Assembly: GCA_965552135.1 (NCBI GenBank)
Contig: CBEVQY010000023.1
Span: 1-47,688, forward strand
Reading direction: 5' to 3'
Origin: an uncultured bacterium
GTDB taxonomy: Bacteria > UBP14 > UBA6098 > B30-G16
Length of the DNA: 47,688 nucleotides
In this document: positions 7,599-17,307 of the stretch, piece after piece
Position numbering within the stretch: the first letter of the stretch is position 1
How the letters are laid out: each line of letters opens with the position of its first letter
The notes under the pieces: model-generated
Told to the model about the DNA's origin: nothing
Databases searched by the model: none
What the model saw: the letters and a program-made list of their open reading frames with translations, nothing else
Made by a program: the position numbers and the translations under genes

Positions 7599-8177
7599 TC
7601 AGGGCTTTTTGACATAGGCTTTCTTTATGTACACAGGCTTTAGGGGCTTATCGTTTCTGTCGCGGGGAACCGAGGCGATCCTTTTGGCTACATCGAGACC
7701 TTTGGTCACGTATCCGAACACGGTGTATGCTCCGTCGAGGTGGGGCTGGTAGTCGAGGGTGATGTAGAACTGGCTTCCGGAGGAGCGTCTTTCGGGGTTT
7801 ATCTGGTCGGGCAGTCGAGCCATTGCGACTGCGCCGGGGGTGTGTTTCAGGTCGCTTATCTCTGCGGGGAGCGTGTAGCCGGGTCCGCCTCTGCCTGTGC
7901 CCTCGGGGTCGCCGCCCTGTATAACGAAGCCAGGGATGACGCGGTGGAAGGTGAGCCCATTATAAAACCCCTCCCGCACAAGCTTCAGGAAGTTCTCCAC
8001 GGTTTTGGGAGCCTTGTCGGGGCGAAGCTCTATCTCTATGTTGCCGTAGTCGGTCTCCAGAACGACTATGGGGCGACCCCCAGTCCCTGCCTCGCCCTTT
8101 TCCCTCCTGCATCCCCAAAGCGTGATACCCGAAAGGAAGAGCGCCACACTCAGCGCCAGCGCAAGCTTTCTTTCCAC
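7599..8177 (-). CDS. Cyclophilin-type peptidyl-prolyl cis-trans isomerase, lipoprotein
   Basis: FHRVIPGFVIQGGDP, GAVAMAR, SQFYI and YTVFG motifs; lipobox LWGC. Confidence 0.92.
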   Translation of the reverse strand: MERKLALALSVALFLSGITLWGCRREKGEAGTGGRPIVVLETDYGNIEIELRPDKAPKTVENFLKLVREGFYNGLTFHRVIPGFVIQGGDPEGTGRGGPGYTLPAEISDLKHTPGAVAMARLPDQINPERRSSGSQFYITLDYQPHLDGAYTVFGYVTKGLDVAKRIASVPRDRNDKPLKPVYIKKAYVKKP

Positions 8178-8201
8178 CTTCCTCCTCCGTTTGTCTTTCC
8201 G

Positions 8202-9554
8202 TCATTTTTGTTCGGAGAGGGCATCGTATATTATCGCCGCGGCTTTGTCGACGTCGTCGGGCTGGCAGATAAGCGCCGGGCGAAAGCGGATGGTCTTTTC
8301 GCCGCAGGGAAGGAGGATCAGTCCAAGCTCGAGGGTGCGCTTGAGGACCCTGTCCCTCGTCTGTGTGTCGGGCAGGTCGAAGGCGCACATAAGCCCCCGG
8401 CCGCGGATGTTCGACATAAGCTTGGGGAATCTCTCCCCAAGTTCCCGAAGCTTTGAGAGCAGGTAATCCCCAACCCGCGCGGCGTTGTCGACGAGGTTAT
8501 CCTCCTCGATTATCTCGAGTATCCTCTGGGAGCGGACCATATCGGTGAGGTTGCCGCCCCAGGTGGAGTTGATTCGGGATGGGACGGTGAAGACGTTTTC
8601 CTCGACCTCATCCACCCTCCCCGTGACCATTATGCCGCAGACCTGCGCCTTCTTGCCGAAGGAGACGATATCGGGCACCACGTCGAAGTGCTGGAAAGCC
8701 CACATCTTTCCCGTAAGCCCGAGCCCCGTTTGGACCTCGTCGAAGATAAGCATTACGTCGTATTTGTTGGCGAGCTCGCGCAGCCTACGCAAGAACTCGC
8801 CCCGGAAGTGGTTATCGCCGCCTTCGCCCTGGATCGGCTCTATGATTATCGCCGCAACGTCGTCTCCATCGGTCTTTAGGATCTCCTCTATCTTCGCGCA
8901 GGCGCGCTCCTCAGCCTCCTTTGTGCGCTCCAGGTTTTCGCCCTCGAGAGGGAACGTCGCCACCGGCGCCTCGATGCGCGGCCAGTCGAACTTCGGAAAG
9001 TACTTCGTCTTGTTCTTGTTGAACGTGTCGGTTATGGAGAGCGTGTAGCCTGATCTCCCGTGGAATGCGTGTGTGAAGTGGATCACCTTGTAGCCCTTTT
9101 CGCCCCTGCCCGCGGCTAAGTTTTTGCGCACCTTCCAGTCGAACGCGGTTTTGAGGGCGTTTTCCACAGCAAGCGCGCCGCCGGAGATGAAGAAGAGGTG
9201 CACGAACTGCTCGGGCATAGCGACGCGCTCGAAGGTCGCAACGAACTGCGCCATCTCGACGGTATAGAAGTCGGAGTTCGATGGCTTGTGCTGCGCAACG
9301 AAGGCGAGCTTCTCGACGAAGGCAGGGTCGGACATCTTCGGGTGGTTGTGCCCCAAAGCCCACGAGGCGAAGTAGCTGAAGAAGTCAAGGTAATATTTGC
9401 CCTCGCGCGCGTCGTAAAGGTACATCCCCTGGCTCTTTTTGAGGTCGACCACCAGGGGGAAGCCGTCGGTAAGCATCGTCCTCGAAAGGATCCGATGAAC
9501 GTCCTGCGGCTTTATCGACGCAACCTGTTCCCTCGTTAACGCCCCCTCTCTCAT
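8202..9554 (-). CDS. lat: L-lysine 6-transaminase (class III PLP aminotransferase)
   Basis: KPSNSDFY, GALAVENALKTAFDWK, AFHGRSGYTLS, EPIQGEGGD, DEVQTG, FGKK and SRINSTWGG. AAGGAG RBS supports ATG 9554. Confidence 0.88.
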   Translation of the reverse strand: MREGALTREQVASIKPQDVHRILSRTMLTDGFPLVVDLKKSQGMYLYDAREGKYYLDFFSYFASWALGHNHPKMSDPAFVEKLAFVAQHKPSNSDFYTVEMAQFVATFERVAMPEQFVHLFFISGGALAVENALKTAFDWKVRKNLAAGRGEKGYKVIHFTHAFHGRSGYTLSITDTFNKNKTKYFPKFDWPRIEAPVATFPLEGENLERTKEAEERACAKIEEILKTDGDDVAAIIIEPIQGEGGDNHFRGEFLRRLRELANKYDVMLIFDEVQTGLGLTGKMWAFQHFDVVPDIVSFGKKAQVCGIMVTGRVDEVEENVFTVPSRINSTWGGNLTDMVRSQRILEIIEEDNLVDNAARVGDYLLSKLRELGERFPKLMSNIRGRGLMCAFDLPDTQTRDRVLKRTLELGLILLPCGEKTIRFRPALICQPDDVDKAAAIIYDALSEQK

Positions 9555-9693
9555 ATGGCTCTCCTTTTTGTCCCCACTCGCCAAGGCAAAATAAAGTTAG
9601 AACACTTTTACTTGTGCGCAAGAGTTTTCGGAGTTTGTGTTGACAATGCTTCTTGGTTTTGCGAAGTTAAGGGGGACTTTGGGGAGGTTGTGG

Positions 9694-11259
9694 GTGATTG
9701 CGTTTGTGTTTTTTGTTTTTGCGGCTTTTGGTTTTGTCTTTCCGCAGGCTCCGGAGCTTATTTGGACCTGTGAGCTTTACTCGCAGTGCTACGGTTCCCC
9801 TGCCTGCGGCGACATAGACGGCGACGGCGAGTTGGAGGTCGTGTTCGGCACCTATTTCGGCGATGAGCACGCCTATGCGTTAAACGGCGTCGACGGCAGC
9901 GTATTGTGGCGTTTTGACGTAGGCGGTGGACCGCTCGATGCTGCGCCCGCATTAGCCGACGTCGACGGCGACGGAACGCCCGAGGTCATCATACCCGCAA
10001 GCTTCGGCGCGCTCTTCTGCATCGACGGCGGCGGAACCGTGCTATGGCGTTATCCGTCCTCGGGGTATATCGAGTGCATCGATTCGCCCCCTGCCGTAGC
10101 CGACATCGACGGCGACGGTGCGCCCGAGGTCGTCTTCGGCGCATGGTACGGAAAGCTTTACGTCGTAAACGCCGAGGACGGCTCCCCTGTGTGGTCGAGG
10201 GTGTACTGCGACACGGGCTACGTCCAGAGCGCGCCCTGCATCCTCGACTGCAACGGCGATGGAGCGCTCGATGTGGTTTTCGCGATGTTCAGGGGCGACC
10301 ACAGGGTCTACGCCGTGGATGGCTTCACGGGCGACGTGCTGTGGAGCTTTCCCGCCGACGATTGGATGTACGCGGGCGCGTCCGCTGCCGACATCGACGG
10401 CGACGGAAAACCCGAGGTGGTGATAGGCGACTACTCGGGCAAGGTCACGGCGCTTGACGCCGAGGACGGGAGCGTCCTCTGGCAGACGGATCTCGGGGCG
10501 GCGTACTACGACTGGATATTCGGACCGACGACGATAGCCGAGCTTTCGCCGGCGTCGGAGGGACCTGAGGTCCTCGTTGCAAGGAGCGAGCTTTTCTGCC
10601 TTTCGGCGGAAGGCGAGGTCCTCTGGACCTTCCCCACGGGCGGGTACATCGACAGAGGCGCCGTCGTCGCCGAAGTGGACGGCGATGGGGGGCTTGAGGT
10701 CGTCTTCGCGTCCACCGACCGGAACATCTACGTCGTAAACGGCGAGGACGGGAGCTTGGTCTGGTCGTTTGGCGTCGACGACGGCTATCCGGTTGAGAAC
10801 GCCCCCGTTGTCGCTGATCTCGACGGCGACGGCTACGTCGACATCTTCTGCATCGGCGGGCGCGGGTATTCCGATACGCTCCCGAACTACGGTCGCGCCT
10901 ATGCGGTTCGCGCCGGCGTTGGCGGCGGCGCCGTGTGGACGATGTACCGCCACGACGTCTACCGCAGCGGCTGCGTTTGGGGCGGACCAAGCGGCGTCGC
11001 GCAGGCAAAGTCAAGCGCGCCTGAGCCATCCATAAGCGCAAGCCCAAACCCGTTCAACGAGGTGTGCGTCGTCGTCGCGCAGGGGTGTGATCTCATCAGG
11101 ATCTTCGATCTGCGCGGGGACGTTGTGTGCTGCGCGAGCCTTTGTGGCGGCAGGTTTGTGTGGCGACCCGAGGCGGGCTTGCCCGCGGGCGTGTATATCG
11201 CCGTTGCGACCGGGAAGGGCGGGCGCGCGCTGCAGCGCAGGCTGGTTTACGCAAGATGA
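9694..11259 (+). CDS. Secreted FG-GAP/PQQ-like beta-propeller protein with T9SS/FlgD-type C-terminal domain
   Basis: About eight DxDGDGxxE-type repeats alternating with GS.LW motifs; C-terminal SISASPNPFN..IRIFDLRG..W..LPAGVY. Start uncertain; GTG 9694 follows GGGGAGG. Confidence 0.78.
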   Translation: MIAFVFFVFAAFGFVFPQAPELIWTCELYSQCYGSPACGDIDGDGELEVVFGTYFGDEHAYALNGVDGSVLWRFDVGGGPLDAAPALADVDGDGTPEVIIPASFGALFCIDGGGTVLWRYPSSGYIECIDSPPAVADIDGDGAPEVVFGAWYGKLYVVNAEDGSPVWSRVYCDTGYVQSAPCILDCNGDGALDVVFAMFRGDHRVYAVDGFTGDVLWSFPADDWMYAGASAADIDGDGKPEVVIGDYSGKVTALDAEDGSVLWQTDLGAAYYDWIFGPTTIAELSPASEGPEVLVARSELFCLSAEGEVLWTFPTGGYIDRGAVVAEVDGDGGLEVVFASTDRNIYVVNGEDGSLVWSFGVDDGYPVENAPVVADLDGDGYVDIFCIGGRGYSDTLPNYGRAYAVRAGVGGGAVWTMYRHDVYRSGCVWGGPSGVAQAKSSAPEPSISASPNPFNEVCVVVAQGCDLIRIFDLRGDVVCCASLCGGRFVWRPEAGLPAGVYIAVATGKGGRALQRRLVYAR

Positions 11260-11891
11260 TACTCACCTTCGACGCAGAGGCGTACGATCGCTGGTACGAG
11301 TCTGGCTACGGCGCGCGTGCGGCTGATGCGGAGCTTGCGGCGCTTTTGAGGCTTTTGCCACCTCCGCCCGCGCGACTCCTGGACGTCGGGTGCGGAACGG
11401 GCTTTTTCGCTCAAAAGCTTGCGGCGCGCGGGTATACCGTCTTCTGCGTCGACATCGCGCCCGAGATGGCGGCGCTTGCGGCGACGAAAGATGGCGTCTC
11501 GGGCAGGGTTGTGCTCGGCGATGCGCTGGCTTTGCCCTTCCGGAGCAGATGCTTCGACTGCGCGCTTTTCGTGACGTCGCTTGAGTTTGTGGGCGATCCC
11601 TGCCGTGCACTCGGGGAGGCGGCGCGCTGCGCAGAAAAGATCGTGGCAGTTGTGCTCAAGCGCTTCTCCGCCCGGGTTGTGCGCCTTTGGCTGAAACGGC
11701 TCCTTTTGGGGCGCAGGTTCGCCGAGCTTGAGGCCGCAAGGATGACGCCCTCATCGCTGGCTGCGTGTGCAAGGCGCGCCGGACTTGAGATCAATGAAAT
11801 GCTCTTCCCCCTCGCGCCTTTGGGTATAGGGCTTTTGGCGCCGGTGTTCGCCGCGCGGCTTGTGCCGCACAGCACCAACCAAAACCCTTGA
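11256..11891 (+). CDS. Class I SAM-dependent methyltransferase
   Basis: LLDVGCGTG motif I, VDIAPEM, GDALALPF, SLEF; ATGA overlap with the upstream stop. Confidence 0.85.
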   Translation: MILTFDAEAYDRWYESGYGARAADAELAALLRLLPPPPARLLDVGCGTGFFAQKLAARGYTVFCVDIAPEMAALAATKDGVSGRVVLGDALALPFRSRCFDCALFVTSLEFVGDPCRALGEAARCAEKIVAVVLKRFSARVVRLWLKRLLLGRRFAELEAARMTPSSLAACARRAGLEINEMLFPLAPLGIGLLAPVFAARLVPHSTNQNP

Positions 11892-11916
11892 CTTTCGCGG
11901 AAGGGGCCCCTATTTT
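11888..11916 (+). promoter_or_regulatory. Sigma-70-type promoter of tRNA-Ala
   Basis: TTGACT-N17-TATTTT, 8 nt before the tRNA. Confidence 0.6.
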
Positions 11917-11924
11917 CTTGTTGA

Positions 11925-11997
11925 GGGGCCGTAGCTCAGCTGGGAGAGCGCCGGAATCGCACTCCGGAGGTCGGGGGTTCGACTCCCCTCGGCTCCA
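11925..11997 (+). tRNA. tRNA-Ala(CGC), CCA not encoded
   Basis: GGGGCCG/CGGCTCC acceptor stem with G3:U70; anticodon stem CCGGA-AT CGC AC-TCCGG; GGTTCGACTCC T-arm. Confidence 0.95.
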
Positions 11998-12070
11998 CTT
12001 CCTGCCTTTGGGCTTGACATGCCGCCCGCCAAAGGCGATTTTAGTATAACACAACCCGACGGAGGCTGAG

Positions 12071-12958
12071 ATGAGGAGGTTTTTGTGTCTTGTCGTTTTT
12101 TTGGCGGTGTTTTTGGGCTGTGGTGGCGGCAAGAGGATCCAGATGCCCGAGGGCGGCGTGAAGCTTTCGTACGCCCCTGCTGTGGGGAAAACCCTCGGGT
12201 ACAGGACGATCGTCCAGAAGTACATCCAGACCTCCGAGAAGGGGACGTCGATCACGCGGCTTGTGAAGGGCGACGTTCGCTTCACGGTGAAGGTTACGGA
12301 GGCGGGCGAGGGCGGACAGGCGAAGATGGAGTATAGGTTCGACGACGTCTCGGTGGGGGTTTTCGTCAACGGTCAGCTGCAGGGCTCTGAGGAAGTCGAG
12401 GAGATGAAGGACGTTGAGCTTACCGTCTCCCTCGACTCCACAGGCGCCGTCGCGGACATCGAGGGAATCGACCTCGAAGAGGAGCTCCAGAAGGAGGAGA
12501 TATCGCCGCTTGAGTTTCTGCTTTCCTTCCCAATACCGAAGGAGAAGGTGACGGTTGGCTACAGCTGGCACGATGAGCAGGATACCGTCGTCGAGGACGA
12601 GCAGACGAAGATAAGCCAAAAGGTGGTGCAGGACTTCACCGTTGTCGACTTCGTTCTTGTCGACAGCTTTCGCTGCGTCGTCTGTCAGGTAAGCGGCAAG
12701 ATAAATATTCACAGAAGCGGCGAGGTCGAGCAGGAGGACGGCACATACGACGTCGACATAACGATGGACGGGGACATCAAGGGCAAAATCTACTTCGACG
12801 TCGACAACGGCGTGATAGTCCGGTACGAGTCGAACAAGATGGTAGACGTCAGGGGCACGCAGGTCGACGTTGAAAGCGGTGAGAAAAAGCCTATAAGCTA
12901 CTACACGCAGGAGACCTTCGACGCAAGACTTCAGAGGATAACGGGGGCAAGCGGATGA
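12071..12958 (+). CDS. Hypothetical acidic beta-rich lipoprotein
   Basis: GGAGG RBS, lipobox FLGC, PKEKVTVGYSW and IYFDVDNG segments. Confidence 0.75.
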   Translation: MRRFLCLVVFLAVFLGCGGGKRIQMPEGGVKLSYAPAVGKTLGYRTIVQKYIQTSEKGTSITRLVKGDVRFTVKVTEAGEGGQAKMEYRFDDVSVGVFVNGQLQGSEEVEEMKDVELTVSLDSTGAVADIEGIDLEEELQKEEISPLEFLLSFPIPKEKVTVGYSWHDEQDTVVEDEQTKISQKVVQDFTVVDFVLVDSFRCVVCQVSGKINIHRSGEVEQEDGTYDVDITMDGDIKGKIYFDVDNGVIVRYESNKMVDVRGTQVDVESGEKKPISYYTQETFDARLQRITGASG

Positions 12959-13416
12959 AGGAGTACAAAGGCGACTTTTCGGGCGAGGGCGTTTCGGTTG
13001 CTGTGGTTGTGAGCAGGTTCAACGAGTTTGTTTCCCAAAAGCTTCTTGAGGGCGCGATCGATTACCTTGACAGGCACGGCGTTGCCAGCGATAACATCTC
13101 CGTCTTTTGGGTGCCCGGTGCGTTCGAGATTCCCCTTGTTGCGAAGAGGGTTGCCGAGTCGGGCAAGTTCGACGGTGTGATCTGCCTTGGCGCCGTGATA
13201 AGGGGCGATACGCCTCACTTCTCCTACATCGCCGCCGAGGTGACGAAGGGCATCGCCCAGGTGATGCTTTCCACAGGCGTTCCCGTCGCCTACGGCATCC
13301 TCACCACCGACACCGTCGACCAGGCAATTGAGCGTGCTGGCACCAAAGCGGGCAACAAGGGCTGGCTTGCCGCCGAAGCGGTGCTTGAGATGATCTCCCT
13401 TCTGCGAAAGCTTTAG
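12955..13416 (+). CDS. ribH: 6,7-dimethyl-8-ribityllumazine synthase
   Basis: SRFNE, VPGAFEIP, GAVIRGDTPHF, ERAGTKAGNKG. Confidence 0.97.
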   Translation: MKEYKGDFSGEGVSVAVVVSRFNEFVSQKLLEGAIDYLDRHGVASDNISVFWVPGAFEIPLVAKRVAESGKFDGVICLGAVIRGDTPHFSYIAAEVTKGIAQVMLSTGVPVAYGILTTDTVDQAIERAGTKAGNKGWLAAEAVLEMISLLRKL

Positions 13417-13465
13417 GTCGCTTGGCTTGCCTTTGCCTCGCAGCGCTTTGCGCAGGAAAAAACGT

Positions 13466-13494
13466 TTGCTCACAGAACGCCCACGGCGTATTTT
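13466..13494 (+). promoter_or_regulatory. Putative sigma-70 promoter of the gcvH operon
   Basis: TTGCTC-N17-TATTTT upstream of the AAGGAGG RBS. Confidence 0.45.
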
Positions 13495-13527
13495 GTGCTG
13501 TCCACCGCCACGGGAAAGGAGGGCTTT

Positions 13528-13908
13528 ATGACACCCGAGGAACTTTACTACACAAAGACCCACGAGTGGGTGAGGGTAGAAGGCGAGATCGCCACCGTCG
13601 GCATAACCGACTACGCCCAAAGCGAGCTTGGCGACATAGTCTTCATCGAGCTTCCCGAGGTTGGGAGGGTTGTTTCGGCGGGCGAAGCCTTCGCCACCAT
13701 CGAGGCGGTAAAGACCGTTGCCGATGTTTACGCGCCCGTGTCGGGCGAGATCGTCGAGGTGAACGAAACGCTCAGGACGAGCCCCGACGTTGCGAACAAA
13801 AGCCCCTACGACGAAGGCTGGATCGTCAAAATCAGGATGAGCAAACCCGACGAGGTAAAATCCCTCCTTTCTGCAGAGGACTACAAGGCGATGATAGGTG
13901 AGGTTTGA
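13528..13908 (+). CDS. gcvH: Glycine cleavage system H protein
   Basis: HEWV, GITDYAQSELGD, lipoyl-Lys motif EAVKT, SPYDEGW. Confidence 0.96.
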   Translation: MTPEELYYTKTHEWVRVEGEIATVGITDYAQSELGDIVFIELPEVGRVVSAGEAFATIEAVKTVADVYAPVSGEIVEVNETLRTSPDVANKSPYDEGWIVKIRMSKPDEVKSLLSAEDYKAMIGEV

Positions 13909-13922
13909 CGGAGGCTTTGAGG

Positions 13923-15272
13923 ATGAGCGATTTTCCCTACATGCCGCAAAGCGACGCCGAGCGCCAAGAGATGCTTTCGCGCATAGGCGTTCGCAGCATC
14001 GACGAGCTTTTGGACAAGGCGATGGGCGGCGTTCCCCGCTGCAACGCGCTGCCAATACCCAAAGGACTCTCGGAGCTTGAGGTCGAGCCGATCCTTGAGG
14101 GGCTTTCTGCCGAAAATCCCGCTGCCTCGATGAAGGTCTTCGCCGGCGCAGGCGCATACGACATGTACGTCCCTGCGGTGGTGGATGAGATCTCGGCAAG
14201 ACCAGAGTTCTACACCGCATACACACCGTATCAGGCCGAGGCGAGCCAGGGGACCCTTACGGCTATATTCGAGTTTCAAAGCATCATCGCCGGGCTTTTG
14301 AGGATGGACATCGCCAACGCGTCGATGTACGACGGTGCGTCGGCAACCGCCGAGGCGGCGGTCCTGGCTATCCACCACACGCGGCGGAGGAAAGTCCTCT
14401 ACTCGCAGGCTCTCCATCCGCTCTACGTCGAGGTGATAAGGACGTATCTTCAGGGCTTTGGCGTGGAGTTCGTTCCCGTGCCGATTTTGGGCGGCACGAC
14501 CGACGTCGAGGCGCTGCGAAGGCTTGTGGACGAAAACACCGCCTGCTTCATCCTCCAAAACCCCAACTTCTTCGGCATCGTGGAGGATGGTCCGGCTTTC
14601 GCCGACGTTGTGCACGCCGTGGGGGCGTTGTACGTCGTCTGCGTTGCTGACCCGATGAGCCTGGGCGTTCTCGCTCCCCCCGGCGACTACGGCGCCGACG
14701 TCGTCGCGGGCGAGGGGCAGCAGTTCGGGAATTACCTTTCCTTCGGCGGACCTTATTTGGGCTTTTTCGCCGCGCGATCCCAGTTTTTGCGCGCAATGCC
14801 AGGCAGGATAGTCGGCATGACGAAGGACGTCGAGGGCAGGCGCGGGTTCGTTATGGTCTTCCAGACGAGGGAGCAGCACATAAGGCGGGCGAGGGCAACG
14901 TCGAATATATGCACGAACCAGCAGCTTTGCGCGCTGAGGGCTACGGTTTACCTCGCCCTTTTGGGCAAGGATGGCTTTAGGCGCCTTTCGAAGCTTCTCT
15001 TCGACCGCGCCCACTACCTCGCCCAAAGACTTTCGCAGATAGACGGCGTGTCGCTCCTTTTCCAAAAGCCTTTCTTCCGCGAGTTTGCGATAAAGCTCCC
15101 CAAGCGCGCTGGGGTTTTGGTGGAGGAGCTCGTTCGCCGCGGCATAATCCCTGGGGTCGACGTCGGCAGGCTCATACCGGCGATGGACGACGTGCTCCTT
15201 GTGGCGGCAAGCGACAAGTACGATAAATCCGACATGGACGAGCTTTGCGACGCCTTGGCAGAGGCACTTTAG
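13923..15272 (+). CDS. gcvPA: Glycine dehydrogenase subunit 1
   Basis: FYTAYTPYQAEASQG, NASMYDGA, FGGP, TREQHIRR..ATSNICTNQ. Confidence 0.95.
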   Translation: MSDFPYMPQSDAERQEMLSRIGVRSIDELLDKAMGGVPRCNALPIPKGLSELEVEPILEGLSAENPAASMKVFAGAGAYDMYVPAVVDEISARPEFYTAYTPYQAEASQGTLTAIFEFQSIIAGLLRMDIANASMYDGASATAEAAVLAIHHTRRRKVLYSQALHPLYVEVIRTYLQGFGVEFVPVPILGGTTDVEALRRLVDENTACFILQNPNFFGIVEDGPAFADVVHAVGALYVVCVADPMSLGVLAPPGDYGADVVAGEGQQFGNYLSFGGPYLGFFAARSQFLRAMPGRIVGMTKDVEGRRGFVMVFQTREQHIRRARATSNICTNQQLCALRATVYLALLGKDGFRRLSKLLFDRAHYLAQRLSQIDGVSLLFQKPFFREFAIKLPKRAGVLVEELVRRGIIPGVDVGRLIPAMDDVLLVAASDKYDKSDMDELCDALAEAL

Positions 15273-15282
15273 GGAGGTTGCT

Positions 15283-17280
15283 ATGCGACGTTTCGCCTTC
15301 ACGACCCTTTTTGCGGCGCTTTTTCTGGTGGGCTGTGCGCCGCGCCAAAAAAGCCTTTTGGGGTTCGAAAAGCCCGAGTTCGCCAAAGCGCCACCCGAGC
15401 TTATGAGGCGGATCGCCGAGGCGGGCGACCCATTCTCGTACCCAAACGCAAACTCGATTATCATAGAGCTTGTCGACAGCGCCGTGTACGACGAGACGGG
15501 AAGACTCACCGACTACACCTACGTCCTGACGAAACCGATAACGCCGCAGGGGCTGAAGGACGAAAGCGTCCATAAGTTCCAGTACGACAGCCAGATGTTT
15601 GAGGTCGACATCCTCTACGCCGCCGTGATTCACCCCGACTCCACCGTGGAGTTCGTGCCCGAAAGCCTGATAATCGATCAGGTTATGTCCGAGGAGATGT
15701 CGCAGATGGACATCTACTGGACGAACCTGCGCGAGAAGATAGTTCGCTTTCCTCAGCTCAATTTGGGCGATGCCGTGGCGATAGCGTACAAGTACACCAT
15801 GCTCAAGCCCTACTTCGAGGGCGTTATTCAGGGCAACGGCACCTTTCAGGCGACCGAGCCCCTCCACAGCGTCAAGTTCGTTTGCCTCATACCCAAGTCG
15901 GTTGCCGGCGACGTGCGCTACAAGGTTTTCAACGACAGGGAGGGTCGAGTCAGCTTCAGGGAGTGGGACTGGTGCGACTACCACGTTTTCTGCTGGAGCG
16001 CCGACAGCGTTCCTGCGCTTGTGAGCGAGGTCGGGATGCCTCCTGTGGTGAGGATCGTCCCGCTCGTTTTGTTCTCCAACGTCGATTGGCGTGGGCTTTC
16101 CCGAAAGGCATGGGAGGTGACCGAGCCGCCCATGGTGGTGAGAGATACGGCGCTTGTCTCCACCGTCAGGGCGTTGGTCGAGACCTGCCGCACCGAGTAC
16201 GACAGCGCAAGGGCGATAATCCTTTGGGTGGCTCAGGACGTAAGGTACATCGGGCTGTCCCTGGGCGACAAGGAGGGCATAACGCCCCACGACGTCAACG
16301 AGACCTTCAAGGCTCGAAGCGGCGTGTGCAAGGACAAGTCTGCCCTCGCCGTGGCGATGCTCAGACAGGCAGGTATAGATGCGTACAACGTCCTGACAAA
16401 CCCCCTCTCCGATATACTTTACGATGTTGCCGTAAACCAGTTCAACCACCAGATAGTTCTGGCGAGACTTCGCGACGGCAGGGAGGTATTCGCCGACGTG
16501 ACCGACGACGTCTGCAAAGACCTCCTGCCGGGATATTACAGCAAGAAAGGCTACCTCGTCCTTGCGGAGGAGGGCGAGGATTTGAGGTACTTCGACCTTA
16601 TCCCCCCGGAGCGGAACCTCGGCAAGGTTGAGGCAAAAAGCCGCATCGACGCAGACGGCAACCTCACAAGCGAGGTTAGGATCTCGGGCAAAGGTCTTTA
16701 CGACGAGGCGTTGAGGCAGATAAAGCAATACCTCGAGCCCGAGGACCAAAGGCGCCTGGCGCGGCACATCATAAGCCAGATCGACCCAAACGCGACCCTT
16801 GTGGATTTCTCGCTCGAGCCGGATCCCGCATCTGATCTCTCAAGACCCGCCGTTATGACGATAAAGTACAAAATTCCCGAATACGCCGTGGCGGCGGGAG
16901 ATTTTCTGCTCCTTTCCATACCAACCATGACCCACGTCTTCGACATTGTGGCGCAAACGCTTGAGGAATACACAAAGCTTCAGGAGCGTCACTTCCCGCT
17001 GCACTTTCTGTACACCTACGGCGTCGACGTGGTGGAGAGGATAGAGCTTGCAGGCAACTACAGGGCAAAAAGCCTCCCCAAGCCGGTCAGGATAGAGGGC
17101 AAGTACTTCACCTACGTAACCGACTGCAAGATCAAGGGCAACGAGGTAGAAAGCAGCTACACCCTTCGCCTCAAGGACGTCGACGTTCCGCTTGAGGACT
17201 ATAAGCGCTTTCGCGAAAACGTAACACGCTACAAGAACTCCGCCAAGGGGATGCTTATCCTCACCAAGGAGTCTATGTAG
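15283..17280 (+). CDS. DUF3857/transglutaminase-like domain lipoprotein (Cys-His-Asp triad intact)
   Basis: Lipobox LVGC; VRYIG, GVCKDKS, FNHQI and ADVT motifs; GGAGG RBS. Confidence 0.82.
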   Translation: MRRFAFTTLFAALFLVGCAPRQKSLLGFEKPEFAKAPPELMRRIAEAGDPFSYPNANSIIIELVDSAVYDETGRLTDYTYVLTKPITPQGLKDESVHKFQYDSQMFEVDILYAAVIHPDSTVEFVPESLIIDQVMSEEMSQMDIYWTNLREKIVRFPQLNLGDAVAIAYKYTMLKPYFEGVIQGNGTFQATEPLHSVKFVCLIPKSVAGDVRYKVFNDREGRVSFREWDWCDYHVFCWSADSVPALVSEVGMPPVVRIVPLVLFSNVDWRGLSRKAWEVTEPPMVVRDTALVSTVRALVETCRTEYDSARAIILWVAQDVRYIGLSLGDKEGITPHDVNETFKARSGVCKDKSALAVAMLRQAGIDAYNVLTNPLSDILYDVAVNQFNHQIVLARLRDGREVFADVTDDVCKDLLPGYYSKKGYLVLAEEGEDLRYFDLIPPERNLGKVEAKSRIDADGNLTSEVRISGKGLYDEALRQIKQYLEPEDQRRLARHIISQIDPNATLVDFSLEPDPASDLSRPAVMTIKYKIPEYAVAAGDFLLLSIPTMTHVFDIVAQTLEEYTKLQERHFPLHFLYTYGVDVVERIELAGNYRAKSLPKPVRIEGKYFTYVTDCKIKGNEVESSYTLRLKDVDVPLEDYKRFRENVTRYKNSAKGMLILTKESM

Positions 17281-17307
17281 TCTTTTGGAACGCGGGAGGA
17301 TTTGGCG

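Noticed and set aside
7334..7615. 93-aa minus-strand ORF between cyclophilin and rfbC
   Set aside because: Low-complexity Pro-rich translation with no clear RBS; the plus-strand 42-aa ORF has a promoter, an SD and a TM helix and explains the region better.
12014..12050. TTGACA...TATAAC promoter for the lipoprotein-ribH operon
   Set aside because: The spacing between the hexamers is 25 nt, too long for a single sigma-70 promoter; not called.
13417..13527. Glycine riboswitch upstream of gcvH
   Set aside because: The gap is only about 110 nt, lacks the GGAGA/CTCTCAGG core motifs and is explained by a promoter plus RBS.
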